From the human T2T-CHM13v2.0 reference genome, Homo sapiens, in assembly GCF_009914755.1 (NCBI RefSeq), contig NC_060931.1: DNA of 64,000 nt; one strand, 5' to 3'. Below are positions 1 through 20,269 of this stretch, piece by piece. Within the stretch, counting starts at the first letter, position 1; each line of letters opens with the position of its first letter. The translations under genes were made by a program, and so were the position numbers. The notes under the pieces are model-generated. The model was not told where the DNA came from, searched no databases, and saw only the letters and a program-made list of their open reading frames with translations.

Positions 1-3394
<3,394 letters not shown>

Positions 3395-4222
3395 GACTCT
3401 TCATTTCTTATCCTTGCCGCTCCCACACACGTGCAAACAAGCCCCAGGGTGCTAAGGGCACTCTGTGGGACACTTTGGATATTAAAAGGTCCCCAGTGAA
3501 ACAGTGACATCTATTGGGCACTGTGCAAACTTCTAGTTGGCAATAGTTCACAGTTTGAACACTGTGTTCCTTTCAATAATGCCATATCTTTGCAAAGCTG
3601 GGTGTTCAGTGGTTGCTGTGATGAAAAAGCAGGAACCACATACATATTCATGTGAACAGGAAATGAAGGTAGCATTGTCCTTTTTGATTCAGAGGTTTGA
3701 GGATCTAAGCAGTTCCCATCAGGCATATGCATTCCATGATTACATAATTGTGGTTACTTAAGAACATAATAAAATATTTTTATTCCAATTTATGTGCATA
3801 TTTTTATAAACAACTACGAAGTTGTTAAACATAAATATTATTAAAGTGGACCTAACTACTTAATAAGTGGAACTGTGAGGTATTTCTTTTGGCTCAGGAG
3901 TGTCAAGGGATGGAGAAAGTTTGGGAACCTTTGCTTTGTCAAAATGGAAATGGATTTCTTTTTTAGGTTATTAAAGTAATATGTACTCATTACAAAACAA
4001 TTAGCCAATAAAAATTTGAGGAGAAAATCCTCCATAATCCCATCACTTGTAATTAATGTTAAAATTTTCATGCAGAGTCTTACATATAATTTAAAAAATC
4101 ATCTGTGTCTATGTTTTAAGGCTTTTTCTTTTTACTTTCTTGTCAATGAATTTGTCAAATTTGACAAATTGTAACCTTCTTTTGGCAGAATTGAGAGCAA
4201 AAAATTCCTTTCATCCACTTCA

Positions 4223-4474
<252 letters not shown>

Positions 4475-4635
4475 TCAAGAAATCGCCCCTGAGAGAGACA
4501 GAGACACTCTAGCGCACTAATTCACACCAGCCATTCCGTTATTGGATATTTCTAGTGGAAAGTTCCAAGGCTGAAATCTCTCTTTGTAGCTTCTACCAAT
4601 TAGGAGGCATTTTTACCCAGTCTACAACTTTATAG

Positions 4636-5007
<372 letters not shown>

Positions 5008-5489
5008 TGATGTCTCAATGTAATATTATAAAATCCAGAAAAGGAACCCTGAAGCTGAGTCCTGAGCAATTGGAAAGAATTAAGGGTTGATAGCAAAGTA
5101 CTCCAAAGGTAAATACATTGAAAAGCTTTTAGGAGCTCAAAGAGAGAGAAATTATTGTTAGCAGGACTTTGAAGTCAAGAGTGCTGATGTTTGGGAAAGG
5201 AACCTAGGAGAACTAGAGAACAAATCCACTTAATTATATCCTAGGGTTACCAACTGGGCACCTCAAATATAGTCAGTTCTCATTTGAAACCCAATAAAGT
5301 AGACTTCCCACTCAGCCCACAACATGCACCCTTTCCTATCGATGCCTAGAGTACTCAGTATGTTTTATTTCCTTTGTGACAAGGCATTTCGACAAGTCTC
5401 AGAGTAAGAAGTATGATAATAGCTATTATGGGAAACTAAGAATTTTGTTATTTAGAGAATATTCCTAAAGCCTGATTCCATTTTTATCA

Positions 5490-5735
5490 GTCAGGGACTC
5501 AACTTAAATGTCAAAGTGCCTTTCCTAGACCCCTAATCTAAAGGTCTCCCTATTTAACTTTCAGAGCAGCTGGTACTTCTTCTTCATAGCACTCAACACA
5601 AATTGTAATTGACTACACATGTATGCGATTAATGGTTTACAATCTTCCCACTGTACTGAAAGCTCCAGAGGGCAAGGCCTGTATCTTCTTAGCTCACAGC
5701 TGCATCTTGGCACCTAGCAGTGTCTGGCACATAAA
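5490..5735 (+). mobile_element. L2 3' fragment
   Basis: L2-like end motifs (aagctccagagggcaagg...cctagcagtgtctggcacata). Confidence 0.55.
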
Positions 5736-6152
5736 TACCTACAAAGGCAACAGGCCTCTCTTTTCAAGGATAGCTTTAACAGCATCTCAGAGGTTTTGAT
5801 ATGTAGTACTTCTACTGTCAATTAATTCTAATTATTTCCTAATTCCCTCTTTATTCATGGGTCATTTAGAAATGTTTTTTGGTTTCTAAATATATGGGAG
5901 TTTTAAAGCTATGTTTAGTTTTTGATTTTTTTATTATATTGCACTGTGTGAAAAAACATTGAATTTTTAGAATTTGTGATCAGTTTCACATGATCGATTT
6001 CAACATGATCAGTTATTACCATTGTTCCTTAAGTGCTTGCAAATAATTTATATTTTCTCTGTGTTTGGTAAGGGGTCTATATAATTAAAAGATTCATGTT
6101 AGTTAAATCTTTTATAGCCTTACTTATTTTTTGCCAGTTTGAACTAGCAGGT

Positions 6153-6447
6153 TTTGTTTTTTTTTTGAGACAGAGTCTTGCTCTGTCGCTCAGGCTGGAG
6201 TGCAGTGATGGGATCTCGGGTCACTACAAGCTCCACCTCCCGGGTTCACGCCATTCTCCTGTCTCAGCCTCCTGAGTAGCTGGGATCACAGGTGCCCGCC
6301 ACCACACCTGGCTAATTTTTTTCTATTTTTAGTAGAGACGGGGTTTCACTTGTTAGCCAGGATAGTCTCGATCTCCTGACCTCGTGATCCGCCCATCTAG
6401 CCCTTTCAAAGTGCTGGGATTACAGGCATAAGCCACCACGCCCGGCC
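6153..6447 (-). mobile_element. AluY-like
   Basis: AluY diagnostics (aagctcc...ggttcacgccattctcc; gacctcgtgatcc). Confidence 0.92.
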
Positions 6448-6675
6448 TTAATTAGCAGTTTTTGAGAGAGAAATGTTCTACCTTCATGCCTTTAAATTAT
6501 TTGTTAGTTTCCAAAAAGATCATGATTTAGTTGTAAGAAAAAGCTCTCTCTTTACCTAGAGTGATGGTGCAGTCACCAAATAAAGACCTAGCAAAAAATT
6601 CCTTGTGAAGTAGGCAGTATCACATATTAATAACAGAGATTTTAAGGTTTAGTTCTCTTTGTAACACTCTTTTCA

Positions 6676-6990
<315 letters not shown>

Positions 6991-7082
6991 CTATTTTTTT
7001 TTAATGACAAAGAAACAAATGAATCACATGATAGGTCAGGAAGTTATGACCCACAGCAAATATACAAGTTCTTTCTTGACCA

Positions 7083-7369
7083 TTTTCTTTTTTTTTTGAG
7101 ATGGAGTCTTGCTCTGTCACCCAGGCAGTGGCACAGTCTCAGCTCACTGCAACCTCTGCCTCCCGGGTTCAAGCGATTCTCCTGCCTCAGCCTCCTGAGT
7201 AGCTGGGACTAAAGGTGTGTGCCACCATGTCCGGCTAATTTTTGTATTTTTAGTAGACACGGGGTTTCACTATGTTGCCCAGGGTGGTCTCGAACTCCTG
7301 ACCTTGTGATTCGCCTGCCTCAGCCTCCCAAAGTGCTGGGATTAAAGGTGTGAGCCACCGCGCCCAGCC
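7083..7369 (-). mobile_element. AluS
   Basis: Alu consensus; TSD GACCATTTTCT; lies ~90 bp upstream of the exon 7 acceptor. Confidence 0.93.
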
Positions 7370-7821
7370 TCTGGACCATTTTCTAACACTGCAAACTTGT
7401 ACCTCAAGTGGGTAAGTAGCTAGAAAATCAACCACTGGTTATACAGAAAACAATGGAAGGTCTGGAGTGGCTTGGTGCCCCACAGTGCGCTGACCACACT
7501 AATGCCTTCCCTGTCTCTCATTGAGCTGGGGGCATGCTTCATCATGTAGACTAAAGTGCATGATCATGATCACTGGCTGTTTCTTCCAAGCAGAGAGGAA
7601 TGTCCTCTCCCAGCACTAACCAATCCTGCCGTGTCAAACTTGTCTTGCTTTTGGGATCTTTAAAACACCCACCTGAAGCTTGCTTGCTCGTCACTCATAG
7701 TTGTGAATATGGCATGCAGTTGGTCTGCAGTTACTCCCAGAGCTCTGGGGTTTTTCTGGCTGACCCCATCCACCGTGTAGTAAGACCAGCCAAGAGCACT
7801 CAGTAGATACTTGTTAGGTTA

Positions 7822-8139
<318 letters not shown>

Positions 8140-8204
8140 CTACGCTCCCTTCTTTAGTGTCCTGCCCCTGGTGTATGAGCAACCGTGTGTGTGCGTGTGT
8201 GCGC

Positions 8205-8660
8205 ATGCAGACTGTATTTTCCAAAAATAGACATAGCAATATCTTCCATCCACAGAGTCTTCTTGACATTTCCCCATCAAGAGGTGGAGTCTAATTTCTC
8301 TCTCCTTGAATCTGGCTTGGCTTTGACTTGTTAGTAATCAAAAGAATGCAGCAGAAGTGACGTTGTGTGACTTCTCAGGCTAGGTAATAAAAGGGCTGCA
8401 GTTTCCACCTTCTGCTGAAGCCCTAAGTCACCATGTGTAAGAAAGCTCCAACTAGGCCAAGTGGAGAATTCCTGGGACTGCATGGAGAAAGGAAGGCAGG
8501 GAAGAGGGAAGGGAGGGAGGAAAAAGGGAGAGAGGAAGAATTACCCAGACCAGCCCTTCCCAAGTCCTGAACTGCAGGCACTATGGAAGATACAAACATG
8601 ATTGTTGTTGTAAAGCTGCTACATTTTGGGGGTATTTGTTACCAAACAGTAGATATCTGG
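8205..8660. mobile_element. MLT1-type (ERVL-MaLR) solo LTR
   Basis: MLT1 motifs (catcaagaggtggagtcta...cttgaatctgg; agaatgcagcagaagtgacg; tttggggg..tttgttac). Confidence 0.7.
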
Positions 8661-8983
8661 AAAGTATGTGTGTGTTAGGTAGTAGCCTTATGCAGCACCA
8701 GAACTATTATGAAATCCATATGCCCCTGATAAACTGAAAATATGTACAATTCAGAGCCCAAAATATGACAAAAATGAAATACATGCATAGCGATTAGGAA
8801 CTTGAAGTACTACCATTAGTATAAAAATAAAAACCAGAAGCTGGCAAATTACATTATGAAATCAAGCATTTATCTCATTTCACAGATTTCAACAATTGCC
8901 CTTTTACACAAGAAAATTGTCTTTTTTATTATCCCAAGATTATAAGAAAATTGTAAGTTCTAGAAATCTTGGGAGGAGTGTAG

Positions 8984-9291
8984 TTTTTTTTTTGTTTTTT
9001 TTTTTTTTGAGACAGAGTCTCGTTCTGTTGCCCAGGTTGGAGTGCAGTGGTGTGATCTCAGCTCACTGCAATCTCTGCCTCCCAGGTTGAAGCGATTCTC
9101 CTGCCTCAGCCTCCTGAGTAGCTGGGATTACAGTCACCCCTCACCAAGCCTGGCAAATTTTTGTATTTTTACAAAGAGATGGGGTTTCACTATGTTGGTC
9201 TGGCTGGTCTCGAACTACTGACCTCAGACGATCTGCCCGCCTCGGCCTCCCAGAGTGCTGGGATTACAGGGATGAGCCACCGCACCTGGCC
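8984..9291 (-). mobile_element. AluS
   Basis: Alu consensus; TSD GAGTGTAG. Confidence 0.93.
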
Positions 9292-9442
9292 GAGTGTAGG
9301 TTTTTAAAGCACCTATTGTGTATGCAGTAACAAAAGTTGTTATTAAGACAATTTTTAATAATGACCATGCTATTTCTTTGGCACATTGCAAGGTTGGAAA
9401 TACACAAGGAAAGGTAATAGAATATCAAATGTAAGCTTTTAC

Positions 9443-9553
9443 CTATGGATATGTGTCTGGAGGTTCCAAGAAAACAATACATGATAACAGGGTAAAATGA
9501 AGAGTACAGGCCAAATATTGGAGGCACAGCTGCCAGCATTGCAAAGGCTAAGC
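9443..9553 (-). CDS. SLC26A5: Prestin exon 5 ([37 protein letters not shown]; SulP/SLC26 signature region)
   Basis: Inside ORF 9264..9590; acceptor cccacag; donor TAG|gtaaaa; 111 nt. Confidence 0.98.
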
Positions 9554-10233
9554 CTGTGGGATTAAAAACCAAACAGAAATGGGGGATCATTAGAAGACAG
9601 AGGTGTTACATGTGTTTTTCTCTTGGTTCTTTATTTCTGATGAACGAGTGAAGCCCATCTTAATTTAAGCTGCAACCTGCCCTACCCCAGTCCTGCACAT
9701 CATCTTACCTTGGTGCTGATAGAGTCCAAGCTGAGAAACTTTGCATTGTCATCTCCTTTTTGCCAGTGGGTGATTTTTTTTTCTGCTTTATTCTTTCACA
9801 AATTAGATAAAAGCAGAAAAAAGTCTTATCTTAGTGGTTGTCATTGTAATTTGGTGTTGACTCACAAATGCGAGCTCGTTCTCCAATGGGGTGTTTTTGT
9901 GGGTTCTCTGGAGACCCCTTTGCAATAAGGGACTCTCAGTTACTATGCCCTAACCTATGTAATGCTCCCTCCTCCTGACTCTTAGATATCCCTCCTCCGA
10001 CTCTTATCAGAAGGTACAGCCTTCCACGTTCTTTTGGCTGGTGTATGCTCATCCTGTAGGCAGTCTTCTTAGGCAGGTACCTATCAAATGGGCCAAGTCT
10101 CATTACCTTCCAGTTACTCAATGGGAAAGCTTGACATTTTACTCCCAAGAAACTTTGGAAGTGCAGGTCACACCCTCTAGGGGACTCTTTCCCTCACTCT
10201 GCGGTCCTAGGCAGTTCACATCATCCTTTAGAC

Positions 10234-11180
<947 letters not shown>

Positions 11181-11844
11181 CTTGAAAGTTTTTTAAAAAC
11201 TAGTTTTTAGAGCAGCTGGACTTTTTCATGCAAGAATTAGGCAGCAGTCTTCACAAACTCCAGGGGGTACTGTTCAGCACGCTGAGCAGCTTTCTTGTAG
11301 TCCTTTCTTACTTGACTACAGGTGGAGGGGAAATGGATAGGGTTTTAACCTCTCCCTGGAAAATTCTCATTCCAAATCAGTCTCCTCGTTCCCTCATATA
11401 TTCTGTTAAAGTGACACACTCAAGAGGGCCTGGGTCATTCATTCATAGCTTGGGATAGATTGACTGGCATCCCTCTTCAGAATGTGTAGGCAATAAGCCC
11501 TTTTTATTCTCAGCTTTGGGGGCTCAGCCAAATTTCTGGGACAATTAGAAAACTCATTTAATGCACTGTTATGCTGTGGAGAAAACAGCTTTAGCAAAAG
11601 AAGAGTTGGGAAAGCATCCTAACTTCATGTATAATAACATGGTCACTCGAATGTTGTTAAAAAAATTTATTTCTAGCAAAGAAATGTATGCATACGATTT
11701 AAAAAACCAAGCAGCAAAGGCTCTCTGGAAGAGCCAGCTCTTTTCTGCTCACCCCTCTTCCTCCAGGTTTTGCTCCTCGGAGCCAATCACTTCCAACTCG
11801 TTTAGCTGTTTTTCTCTATTTACCTCCATTTTCCTAAATCATCA

Positions 11845-12055
11845 TTCTCAAAGGAGAGCGCTCCCCCACCCCCACTTCTGGCAGGAGACATTTGGGGATG
11901 TCTGGAGACATTTTTGATTATCATGATGTGGGTACCGGGTGGGAGTATTACTGGCATCTAGTGGGTGAAGGCCAGGGGTGCTGCTAAGTGCCCTTCACTG
12001 CACAAGACAGGCCCCCAACAACAGAGTAAATGGCATCAGGTTGAGAAAACTCGTT
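11845..12055. mobile_element. MER20 (hAT-Charlie) fragment
   Basis: tgtctggagacatttttg...ggcatctagtggg..gaggccaggg.tgctgctaa...aggttgagaaa. Confidence 0.7.
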
Positions 12056-12169
12056 CTAAATATGTTTGTATCATGATTTCTCAGTTTATCAATTTTAGAT
12101 GCAAACTTAATTTTCCATTGTGTTTACCTTTCAGCTTTTCATTATGTGACTTTTTTTCTTTCTAGTCTG

Positions 12170-13320
12170 AGATCCTCTATTTATCCCTGGTATTCTATTT
12201 TACTATGGTGTGCCTTGTTTTATTTTTCATTTATTCTGCTGGGTATTTAATGATTTCTCTCAGTCTGAAAACACATGTATTTCATTCCTGGGGATTACTC
12301 TTTGATCATTTCTTCCTTCTGTTTACTCTCTTCTTTCTTTCTGGAAGTCCTATTAGATGTATGATGGGACATCAGGCTTGATCCTCTGGTGTTCTTATGT
12401 TTTCTCTCTTACTGTCTTTTTCTTCTACTTCCAGGAGATTTCCTCTACTTTATCTTCCAACCCTGACTAAATATTTATTCCAGCTATCACATTTTTAATT
12501 TCTATGAGCTCTTTCTTGTTCTCTGAATGCTCTTTTCAAAATAGCATCCTGTTTTTGTTTCATAGATTCAATGTGTTTTTGTATCTCTTTTAGGATACTA
12601 TAGTTTTAAAGTTTTTTATTTTGCCCTGTTATTTCTGTTCCTTATGAATTCTTTTTTGTGTGATTTGGTCTCTTTCTTGAAGCTTCATGTGTATTGGCTC
12701 TTCGTTTACTGATGGGCCTTATTGTGGGACAACTGGGTGGCCAGCCAGCATCTTCACTGGGGGACCCCCACTTGTCACTATAGGTCTTTTATAGGTCACC
12801 ATCTGCTTTGGGCTATAAGTTTTTTTGCAGGCACTTTGAAGTAAACAAAGTAGAGAAGGGAACAGCCTTTGCTGGCTCACAGTTCAGTGTGCAGACTTTT
12901 AGTTAACCTTCTTGACATCTCTTGGTATTTTTATCCTACCATCCACTGCATCGTGTAAATGTGGGAGCCTGAGTGTATTGATGCTACTGATTGCAAAGAC
13001 TTTGAACCAGTTCCCTTGCTTTTAGCCTTTTGCCTGACTTCCAGCTTTCACAATACTTGGAGCCTCCAATTTCCCAGTGTTTTGTAGTGTACGTACCTAC
13101 ATTTCAGCTTCCTCTACTCTAATATTTCAGCTGCCCCTTGTCCATCTGCTTGCCATATATATATTTTTCCTGTTCCACGTGTCTCCTCTCTCATTTTCTT
13201 CCTCCTTGCTAGTTTATACCATTTCCCCCTCTTTTATTGTCATTTTAGAGGGATTTTTAAGACAATTAGAGATAAGAGCATACTTTCACTCTGACATGCT
13301 TAACACAAAATCTTTTTGGT
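12170..13320 (-). mobile_element. Ancient L1ME-like fragments
   Basis: T-rich degenerate L1M-type sequence; boundaries uncertain. Confidence 0.45.
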
Positions 13321-13530
13321 AATTTAAATTATTTACCAATCACAACAAATGTATTTACTTTCTCTTAGATCTCTATCTTTGCTACATTTTGTTTTTCATA
13401 TTTATCTATCTTCATTAATAATGAGCAGAAAAATACCTTTCCAATGCAAATTTGATGGTGGGATGATCTGTGCCTCTCAGCAGTGTTCCACCTACTGAAT
13501 TATTCCCTGATTTGAAATAATTTCTTCCTA

Positions 13531-13959
<429 letters not shown>

Positions 13960-14150
13960 TTAGCTCCCTTCTTTTTTCATTCCACATTCTTTCCCTAGGT
14001 GCCGTGGTCTATTGCCATGGTTTAAATGCTTTCTATAGGTCTGATTCCACAGTTGATATCTCTAGCCCCTACCTCTCTTTTGGGCTCACCATATATTAAA
14101 TACAAACATGAAATATCTACTTGTCTATCTCACAAGCATCTCAAATTTAA

Positions 14151-14555
<405 letters not shown>

Positions 14556-15329
14556 TGACCATCCCTCCTCTTCACCATCCCCACACATCCAACCCATCAG
14601 CCTTAAAGTTGTTGTTGACACACCCTCCTCCTTCTTTCTAAATTAATCCAACAGCCAGTTTTGCTGATCTCACCTACAAAATGTATCATATGTCTTTCCA
14701 AAGTCTTTCCATTCTTACAGCCACCATTCTAGTTCAAGATGGAAGAAAGTCAGCTGGTTGAAAATAAGTTTGCAGAATGACTGTGAGAATTCAACTAGGC
14801 AGAATCCTGAGGAGTTCTTTGAGTGTGAGCTTGCGTGGTTGTCAGCAGTCATTCCTGCAGCTCCGTCAGTCCAGCTTGACTGAATGTCAGTTTGACTTCT
14901 GCTTCCTGTTTCAGATACTGGGCCCTTATCCGCTCCTCACCCTGCCCTTGCCCCTGCCTTTGAATCTGTCCCTTTCTCTGTTCTTGGGGTGATGGCACCA
15001 AAATGATTGTGGGAATCTGTCCCAAATCTGCTTTAAGATTTTGTATAATAGATTTAATAAATATGGTAAATCAGTCACTTGGAAAATAAAAAACTCAGCT
15101 AATTGATCATTAGGGGAAGTGATTTGTTTTTGACAAGTTATTTTTTTGGAAACTGGCTAGAAGGGAATTGATTTTTGGCCAGCTGACCTACAGCTGTTCA
15201 AGCCATTATCACCTTTGCCTACCATGAGCTGCTGTCACCTCTACCTGGTCTCCTCACATCCATTCTGGTGCCTCTCCCACTACCCAAATCCATTCCCCCC
15301 ACAGCAGTCTTCAGTGACCTCTTACAAAG

Positions 15330-15690
15330 TGATATGGTTTGGCTGTGTCCCTACGCAAATCTCATCTTGAATTGTAGCTCCCATAATTCCCATGTGTTGT
15401 GAGAGGGACCGGATAGGAGGTAATTGAATCATGGGGGCGGGTCTTTCCCATGCTGTCCTCATGATAGTGAATATGTCTCACGAGATCTGATGATTTTACG
15501 AGGGGCAGTTCCCCACACAAGCTCTCTCTTGCCTGCCACCATGTAAGATGTGACTTTGCTCGTTTGCCTTCTGCCATGATTGTGAGGCCTCCCCAGCCAC
15601 ATGGAACTGTGAGTCTATTAAACCTCTTTTTCTTTATAAATTACCAAGTCTCAGGTATGTCTTTGTTAGCACTGTGAGAAGACTTATGCA
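15330..15690 (+). mobile_element. THE1 solo LTR
   Basis: TGATATGGTTTGGCTGTGTCCC...TGCA with perfect 5-bp TSD CAAAG (15325-15329, 15691-15695). Confidence 0.92.
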
Positions 15691-15983
15691 CAAAGAAAAC
15701 CTAAATAAAAAGTAATGCTGATAGCTTTTCACTGTACTCAGAATGAAACCCAAAAATGGCCTAAGAAGACTCTGCAGGCCTACTTCTGCCCACCTCGCCT
15801 GCCACTGCCCCCTGCTCCCTCACACTGCTGGAACACTGCTTTTCCATTCATTCTTTGTACCATACCCAATTCTTTTCCTGCTCAGTGCCTTCACACATGC
15901 TATTCCTTCTGCCTGAAATGCATTTTCTCTCATTCTTGACCTGAGTCAGGTCTCAGCTCAAACCTCATTTCCTGGATCCACTA

Positions 15984-16279
<296 letters not shown>

Positions 16280-16730
16280 TAGATCCACTATTTTTATTTC
16301 ACAATACCTTATATTTTCCTCCATTTTGCTTATCATTATAATTAAAATTTTTATATGTGCTTTTTTCTGCTTAGCAATCTCATGCCTTGATTGGATGGTT
16401 AGTGAGCTCCATGAGGACAGTGAGCCAGATAGGTGCCTAATAGACATGTACTGTTTAGAATACATGAATAAATTAATGAATAAGTTAATGAATATTAAGT
16501 TCTTATATCACATATAAAACCACAGAGTTGCTGCAATATACTACAGGAATTTAGCATATCATGGTCCCTTGTAATTAGAATATGGACTCAGAAGCCACAA
16601 ACCTTAACAACAACCATAACAACAAAATGTTTCTTGAGTGACTGACTTAGCAAGTGGTAAGATAATGCCCAAGCAGTGTACTGATCTGCAAAGTAGTAAC
16701 ACCATTTTCTACTATTAATATCCCTGGAGC

Positions 16731-17039
<309 letters not shown>

Positions 17040-17173
17040 TGAAGAATACCTTTAGATAGGTAAAGGTTACTAGAAAGATATGATAAAAATTATGAATTTG
17101 CAATCATGATGAAATAAACAGAAGGTCAAGCAATTGTTTGAGGACAGCAAGGGGGGAAAGAAAGAAAGATCTA

Positions 17174-17599
<426 letters not shown>

Positions 17600-17790
17600 T
17601 CAATAAATATGGTGAAATTCATGATGAAGCCTGTGTGCAAATATCTAACGCTGACTGAACCTCGTGAACAGCTTTGCAAACCATGATGGCTCAGCATTCA
17701 TTTTTCTCTCCACTTCACCAAACAGATTTTCTTTACACATTTGACCTTGCGCCTCTCATAACTGAATGATACAATAACAGAAACAGGTTA

Positions 17791-17967
<177 letters not shown>

Positions 17968-17974
17968 TTATTCC

Positions 17975-17995
17975 TTAACAGCCGGAGACAAGCAT
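17975..17995 (-). other. Upstream ORF MLVSGC* in the prestin 5'UTR
   Basis: ATG CTT GTC TCC GGC TGT TAA at c.-40 to c.-20; purine at -3. Confidence 0.75.
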
Positions 17996-18312
17996 TTCCT
18001 GAGTGTCACTAGGGGAAAAAAGAAAAACTCCATTTTACTTGCCAAAATCCTACTGATGACTTTTCCTAAGCATCTCTTCTTTGTGGTGTTCCAAGTTCTT
18101 CTGAGGCTTTCTTTGGACGCCCCAGAGGACCTAATGTATTGATCTGTATATAGGAGGCAGTAATTAATGAAATCAAAATCAATTAAAAAAACGTGACTTA
18201 TTCCCTCCCAGAGTAATAAATGGTTAATGTGTGTACTTTTAACAAAAGCTCATATTAAGTGCAATGGCTAAATACTAGTCAGTTCCCTCTAGGTCCACAT
18301 AAGAGGAATTGC

Positions 18313-18333
18313 AAATTAGGTCAATTTTGACCA
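18313..18333 (+). promoter_or_regulatory. Candidate nuclear-receptor element (AAATT-AGGTCA-ATTT-TGACCA; IR4 with RORE-type extension)
   Basis: Perfect AGGTCA half-site plus inverted TGACCA, 363-378 bp upstream of the ATG in non-repeat intron sequence. Confidence 0.5.
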
Positions 18334-19419
18334 GCTATATGTCAAGGAAACAGAAAAAAAGAGTACGATCAGTCCTTAAATTGACTCAATGTTTCTTAAA
18401 GCTATATTAGCCTCATTTCCAATTCTATATTTATGGTTGATTACTCTTTAAATTATTCTATGGTTCAGAGTTTAGGCTTACATGTCTGTTTGAGGCAAGT
18501 TGCTGGTGACCTTTGTGAAAGGCAGTAAGTTAAGAACATCAGCACACTATTCTAATATTGTTTTGAAGTTGATTACATTGTCATGTTTTTGATTATTAGA
18601 ATGACTGATAGTTTTTTTCATTGCTACACAGTGATACCACTTATATGAGTAAAACAATGATTAAAGAATAAAAATACAACATATTTGTGCATATGGAGTT
18701 GTGTACAAGAATGTTTTCTGCAGCCTTATAACAGTGAAAAGTACTTGTATGCAGTAAAAAATACATTTTGGTATATTCATAAATTTAATTCTATGTAGTA
18801 ATTAAAAGAAATGCACTAAATTTCTGTGTCATCATCAATACATCTCAGAGGCAATTTTCAACAAAAATGTAAGGCACAGTTGAATACTGAGAGGATTCAA
18901 TTATTTAAAGTTTAAAAACATAAAACAATAGTATATGTTATTACATATATTTGTAGTAAAAGTATAAAACCACTCATGACAACAATAAATACTGAGATCA
19001 GGATGGTGTTACCTCTAGAGAGAGGGAAATGAGACTAAGAAGGGATAGTAGAGGGCTTCTACTAACTGTATCTGCAATGTTTTAGTTTGTAAAAAAAAGA
19101 ACTGGCACAAAGACAGCAAAATGTGAAGATCTGATTATGCTGCTTAGTAAGTAAACTGGTGCTTGTTACATGATTGTACTTGTCTGTACATTTGAACTAT
19201 ATACCTCATAATAAAATATTAAATGCACAACAACTAAAGCCAGTATTCCCAAATGAAGGAAGTTAATGGCAGAGCAGGCAGAGGTTAACATGAATGCATG
19301 GTTAAGTGCTTGTGTGGTGACTGTGGAATTGTGAGGGCTACTAATGTTGGTCAATACAACTCCTTCACAGTGAAAACTCAGGTTTTCATCAAAATGAAAT
19401 CACATTCAAATTGAAATCA

Positions 19420-19806
<387 letters not shown>

Positions 19807-19876
19807 TCAAGAGCCTATAATAAAAAGAAATTCTGGCAGCAAATGCAACCAAGTACCACCAAGGATGATATTAAAA

Positions 19877-20269
19877 TGTTATGGTTTGACTGTTTTTGTC
19901 TCTTTCAAAATTCAAGTTGAAACTTAACCCCCAATACAAGAGTATTACGAGGTGTGGTCCTTAGGAAGTGATTGATCATGTGGGCTCTGGAGCACTCACG
20001 AATGGGATTAAGTTATAAAAAGACTTAGCACAGGGAGTTCACCCCCTTTCATCCCTTCTGTCCCTTCCGCCATGTGAGGATACAGTGTTCCTCCTCTCTA
20101 GAGGATGATGCAATAAGACACCATCTTGGAAGCAGAGACACCTGGCCCTTACCAGCTGGTGCATTGTTCTTGGACCTCCCAGCCTCCAGAACTGTGAGAA
20201 ATAAATTTCTATTGTTTATAAATTTCTGTCTGTGGTATTTTGTTATAGCAGCTCATATGAACTAAGAAA
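19877..20269 (+). mobile_element. MST/MLT1A-type solo LTR
   Basis: TGTTATGGTTTGA...cagcctccagaactgtgagaaataaatttct...gttatagcagc...ctaaga. Confidence 0.8.

Noticed and set aside
16464-16498. POU4F-like ATGAATAAATTAAT repeats
   Set aside because: Explained by the degenerate (TGAA)n tail of an L2
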